NCBI GenBank assembly: GCA_913020045.1
Contig: CAJWBE010000017.1
Span: 1,493-65,492 of the forward strand
Length of the DNA: 64,000 nt
From: an uncultured Oleiphilus sp.
GTDB lineage: Bacteria > Pseudomonadota > Gammaproteobacteria > Pseudomonadales > Oleiphilaceae
Direction of reading: 5' to 3'
Part shown: positions 60,636-64,000 of the stretch, piece after piece
Layout of the letters: each line of letters opens with the position of its first letter
How positions within the stretch are numbered: the stretch's first letter is position 1
Translations under genes and position numbers: made by a program
Notes under the pieces: generated by a model
What the model was told of the DNA's origin: nothing
The model's database searches: none
The model's input: the letters and a program-made list of their open reading frames with translations, nothing else

Positions 60636-60941
60636 AACTGCTATCGAGGAATTCCAGATGATTAAATAGGGGACTTAGTTTACACGGACAAGCATCGCGA
60701 GAACACCGTAAATTAAGACCTGGCAAAGGAATAGTCAGGAGAATAGAAACTAAGAAAATGCCGCGTCAATAGTTGCAATACGATATATCCGGCGACGATC
60801 AGCCGAACCAAAAGCGCGATATTGACGAAAAGCCATTCCCTATACTATTCTCCGCAACGTAACGACAAACACGCCATACAAATCTGCACCAACCATCGCG
60901 GCAGCAAAGCAGAATCCACTATATGAAAAAAAGGAAATACC

Positions 60942-61412
60942 TTGCCAGTCAGCCCCCACCTGCTCGCAGCCATCAAAGCCCTTACTTTGGTTTCGGTTCT
61001 ATCTGGATGCACGACGTTTAACGGACTCAAGCCGCTCTATCCAGTCAAGAGCGGCTTCAAACTGGGCGAGCTATTAGTTGAAGAGCGAAACCCAACGTTT
61101 AGGTGGGAGGCCTATGAAGAGGATAACGTAAGCTACTCTCTGCGCCTTTATGAAGAAAAAGTATCCAAAGACAGCGTCATGGGGCTCCACGCTAGGTACA
61201 AAGATTTGACCTACGAACGCACAGACATAGAGTCGAACAAACATCAAATCGAAATTGAATTAACGCCCAATAGGCGATATTTTTGGTCAGTAAAACCTAA
61301 CGTTGAAGGAAGTAAGTGGTCAACCTTCGACTATTATTATTTCGTTTTAATATCGTGGGGATTTGGCTTTGACATGCCACATTCTTTTTCTACACCAAGG
61401 AACATGAATTAG
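60942..61412 (+). CDS. Lipoprotein, unknown function
   Basis: The TTG start has AAGGA 6 nt upstream. Lipobox VLSGC. The body is beta-rich. Confidence 0.55.
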   Translation: MPVSPHLLAAIKALTLVSVLSGCTTFNGLKPLYPVKSGFKLGELLVEERNPTFRWEAYEEDNVSYSLRLYEEKVSKDSVMGLHARYKDLTYERTDIESNKHQIEIELTPNRRYFWSVKPNVEGSKWSTFDYYYFVLISWGFGFDMPHSFSTPRNMN

Positions 61413-61470
61413 ATGGGAACGGTATAGAAAACAATCGTTTTTTTGAGTGGCAATTGATCGTAAGAAAATT

Positions 61471-61585
61471 GGTGATGACTCCCACCAGCTACACCCCGGC
61501 ACACGAATCCGCCGCTGTGGCTGCTCCCTTCCGGGCCTGACCAGGTTAACGGCTTATCATTGCGAGGGAACCAGTGAAAGTCACC
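61471..61585 (-). ncRNA. ffs: Signal recognition particle RNA (4.5S RNA)
   Basis: The reverse complement contains CCTGGTCAGGCCCGGAAGGGAGCAGCCACAGCGGCGGATTCGTGTGCCGGGGTGTAGCTGG. This nearly matches the conserved E. coli 4.5S domain IV core (ACCAGGUCAGGUCCGGAAGGAAGCAGCC...GUGUGCCGGGAUGUAGCUGG). The termini GGTGA.../...TCACC pair. The ends are accurate to within a few nt. Confidence 0.9.
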
Positions 61586-61790
61586 ATTGCAGCTTCTCCA
61601 AGGCCACTAATGAACATAGTAGTCTCGAAAAAGTGGCCGCATTCTATCAGAGCATTTCGGCCTTGGAAAGCAACAATCCAGACAAAATCCCACAAGAGTA
61701 GTTGAATAATGTCGCTTCTCGTTTTTTAAGCACGAACTGGCCGATTTTCATTCAAAAAAAGTGCAACCTTAACGTTAGATAACAGAAGAG

Positions 61791-64000
61791 TCACTTCCCG
61801 CCTAGTCGACCCAAGCTTGTTCGACTAATCCAGAGCTCTACCTCTTTCTGGCTTCGCGTGATGCCGGTATATGCCAAACGCCGCGTCACTAGGTCTCGCG
61901 CATAGTCCGGCACCACCACCATGACCCGCTCGTACTCGCAGCCTTGGCTCTTATGAATGCTAATTGCATACGCGCTTTGCCACTGGCGTATCAATGCCAG
62001 CGGCACGTGCAAATCGCCATCTATTTTGTCTGGAAACGCGACCGCGAATTGCGGCTGCTCGACTCCTACAAAGCCTGAGCGCGAATTCTGCTTACTCGAA
62101 AGTAATGCACTCTGATTCACGAGTTGTAAGTAGCCGACATCACCATTATATAAATCTAGGTCAGGCTGATTCTGAGTGACCATCACGACCTTGCCCTCGT
62201 ACAAACTTTGAGACTGCGCAAATCGTTGCTCAATTAAGCGATTAATATTCGTCGCACCCAGAGGCCCCTCATAGGTCGAGCACAAGATCTGAAATCGATC
62301 TTTTTCTGCGGCGAGTTGCACCACATCAGCCCCCCCCTTCACCAGTTCAAAATATGTTTCGTAACCAGAGAGACTCGCATCAAAATGATCAGCCAGTTGC
62401 ACATCGATACCGTTTTCTCGGACCGAGCTCTCACGTTTAATGCTCTCACCAACGACTCTGTCGCCTGCGCTTGATCTTGCGTCCAGATCGACCCACGTTA
62501 ACGGCGCTCGCTCGAACAAATCCTCGGGGCCGCTCGCGCGTCCAAGTGGGGTAGATAAAGGCAGCAATGATTCAACTGACCAGTCGCTATACCCGCGCAA
62601 AGCTTGCGCTAAGTCAAAAATAGGCCCAGAAAAACGATAGGTTTTGGTTAGCTGACAAATCAATCTCGCGGGAGTCTCGTCGCCACGCTCTCCAAGGCGC
62701 AGGGATGGCGGTAACACGCAACCATAAGCTCCGAGCGTTTCGGCCTGACTCGATGAGTACTCACACTGTTCTAGCCTAGCTATCCAATCGGCAAAAACCT
62801 CGCCAGGCTCGACAGGAGGCAATTGAAAGTGGTCACCCATGATCACTACGCGACTACGGCTAGGTATCGCACCGACTAAATCAGACATTAGCTTTTGATC
62901 AATCATCGATGCTTCGTCGATCAAAACAATATCTGCTCGCAAAGAAGCTTGCTCCGCACGCTCTAGCAGTAAGGTGTCGGAATGATGGAAATTTCGCCTA
63001 TCTATGAGACTATCGTCACACACTGCGCCGGGGACTCTTAACAATGCACGATGAATGGTTTCTCCTTGCTCGGGAAATGACTTATCGATTAGCGCTAACG
63101 TATCCTCATGAAGACCCGACTCTTGAGCCTCGCTAGCGCCACGCAATAACTCACACAAATCCTGGAATTGCTGCAAAATCGACGTGTGAAGGCGCACCGC
63201 TGCTTTTCCTGTCGGAGCAAGCAAGCGAACCACCGCTTTCGTTCTATTCTTGAGCGCATGACGAGCAAGGAGTAGTACTAGAATACGCGCTGCTGTAGAC
63301 GTCTTTCCTGTTCCAGGGCCGCCACTGACAAGGCAAAATGACTGAGTTAATGCCTGCACCGCCGCCACCGCTTGCCAGTCCGGCTCGACATCATTGTTTA
63401 CCGGCTTCGTTTTAGTATCGCGCTTACCCTGAGCCACGCTATTGCCGCCGGGCTCGGTTTTGAATAAGAGACGAAAGCTACGCTGCAAATATGCCGAAAG
63501 ATTATCCTGGCCGGACTCGTCAAGCCCAGCCCGCAGCACATCCTCTGAACAGCGCTGACGATCACTTAGCCAGCACTCTAACGATCGCCGCTGTAACCAA
63601 ACTCGCCGCAAATAAAGCCGCCCATCGGTCAGCACTAAAGGAGAATTAGCACCCGGTTCATCAGACATTACCTCCGATAGCTCAACCTCACTTTCGTCGT
63701 CGGGTAAAAAATCTTGCGAATGTAATAGTCCACCATTACGCAGCAATGCCAAGCAATTACTTAACGCAGAGCCGCCACTGGCCACATTAGAAATATTTTC
63801 GCTATCACCAGTACAGTCATCTTGTTTGACCGCCAGCCCGGCGCCTACGAACAAGCCTAACGACTGATAGGCCGCCAAGTCACTAAGTACAACGGCGATA
63901 TGACCAATGATTGAGGATGCTGAGCACAGCACCAATAAATCAACCGTTCGCGCATCGACCTTATTGAACGACGTGTCTGGTTCGACGTCGACGTCAGTGC
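61791..64000 (-). CDS. recD: Exodeoxyribonuclease V alpha subunit RecD (5' end probably outside the window)
   Basis: Walker A is LVSGGPGTGKTS, followed by DEASMID and the SF1 helicase motifs (HKSQGCEYE, YTGITRS). The frame stays open upstream of the track's TTG start at 63935 to the window edge (...VDARTVDLL...). Confidence 0.85.
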   Translation of the reverse strand, partial: TDVDVEPDTSFNKVDARTVDLLVLCSASSIIGHIAVVLSDLAAYQSLGLFVGAGLAVKQDDCTGDSENISNVASGGSALSNCLALLRNGGLLHSQDFLPDDESEVELSEVMSDEPGANSPLVLTDGRLYLRRVWLQRRSLECWLSDRQRCSEDVLRAGLDESGQDNLSAYLQRSFRLLFKTEPGGNSVAQGKRDTKTKPVNNDVEPDWQAVAAVQALTQSFCLVSGGPGTGKTSTAARILVLLLARHALKNRTKAVVRLLAPTGKAAVRLHTSILQQFQDLCELLRGASEAQESGLHEDTLALIDKSFPEQGETIHRALLRVPGAVCDDSLIDRRNFHHSDTLLLERAEQASLRADIVLIDEASMIDQKLMSDLVGAIPSRSRVVIMGDHFQLPPVEPGEVFADWIARLEQCEYSSSQAETLGAYGCVLPPSLRLGERGDETPARLICQLTKTYRFSGPIFDLAQALRGYSDWSVESLLPLSTPLGRASGPEDLFERAPLTWVDLDARSSAGDRVVGESIKRESSVRENGIDVQLADHFDASLSGYETYFELVKGGADVVQLAAEKDRFQILCSTYEGPLGATNINRLIEQRFAQSQSLYEGKVVMVTQNQPDLDLYNGDVGYLQLVNQSALLSSKQNSRSGFVGVEQPQFAVAFPDKIDGDLHVPLALIRQWQSAYAISIHKSQGCEYERVMVVVPDYARDLVTRRLAYTGITRSQKEVELWISRTSLGRLGGK

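Noticed and set aside
61447-61701. An 84-aa plus-strand ORF.
   Set aside because: It lies directly across the SRP 4.5S RNA gene on the opposite strand. It has no RBS, and its composition is not protein-like.

Overview
This is a 64-kb chromosomal window from a Gammaproteobacterium. The gene order (topA-hyp-fadA-fadB, uup, rnd-ycgL-ycgN, recR-ybaB-dnaX-ffs, recD) resembles Pseudomonadales/Oceanospirillales; that taxon call is inference only. I can support about 55 protein genes, one tRNA-Gly(GCC) and the SRP 4.5S RNA, which is hidden under a spurious ORF. I saw no rRNA, CRISPR array, transposase, integrase or prophage genes. Housekeeping blocks: dusA, talB (1-2.9 kb); yciO, bolA (31.5-32.5 kb); topA, fadBA, uup (39-50 kb); rnd, recR, ybaB, dnaX, ffs, recD (56-64 kb). 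The unusual part is 2.9-30.3 kb. (i) Fifteen co-directional, tightly coupled minus-strand envelope genes run from 18.7 to 2.9 kb. They encode a PD40/CXXCH lipoprotein, two small OM barrels, TlpA, DUF4266, DUF3570, four TPR/periplasmic proteins, ExbB, two ExbD and a TonB-like protein with an AgmX/PglI-type C-terminus. I read this as an Agl/Glt-like proton-driven trans-envelope machine of unknown function that carries a periplasmic redox module. (ii) A divergent trio at 18.9-24.3 kb encodes CXXCH, LamG and Tat-signal proteins of unknown function. (iii) An ApbE flavin transferase is translationally coupled to a YfhO-like membrane glycosyltransferase with a discoidin domain, opposite a GT2/small-transporter/methyltransferase operon. 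Smaller signals: an A10 slippery run in dnaX with stops in both shifted frames, a PsrA-type palindrome in the fadBA promoter, a hexanucleotide (Glu-Pro)n repeat in a vWA membrane protein, an RR / LysM-FecR / CHASE2-kinase module, and a possible CheZ-like orphan. All family assignments come from reading the translations by eye. No searches were run, so DUF-level names and the Glt analogy need profile-HMM confirmation.
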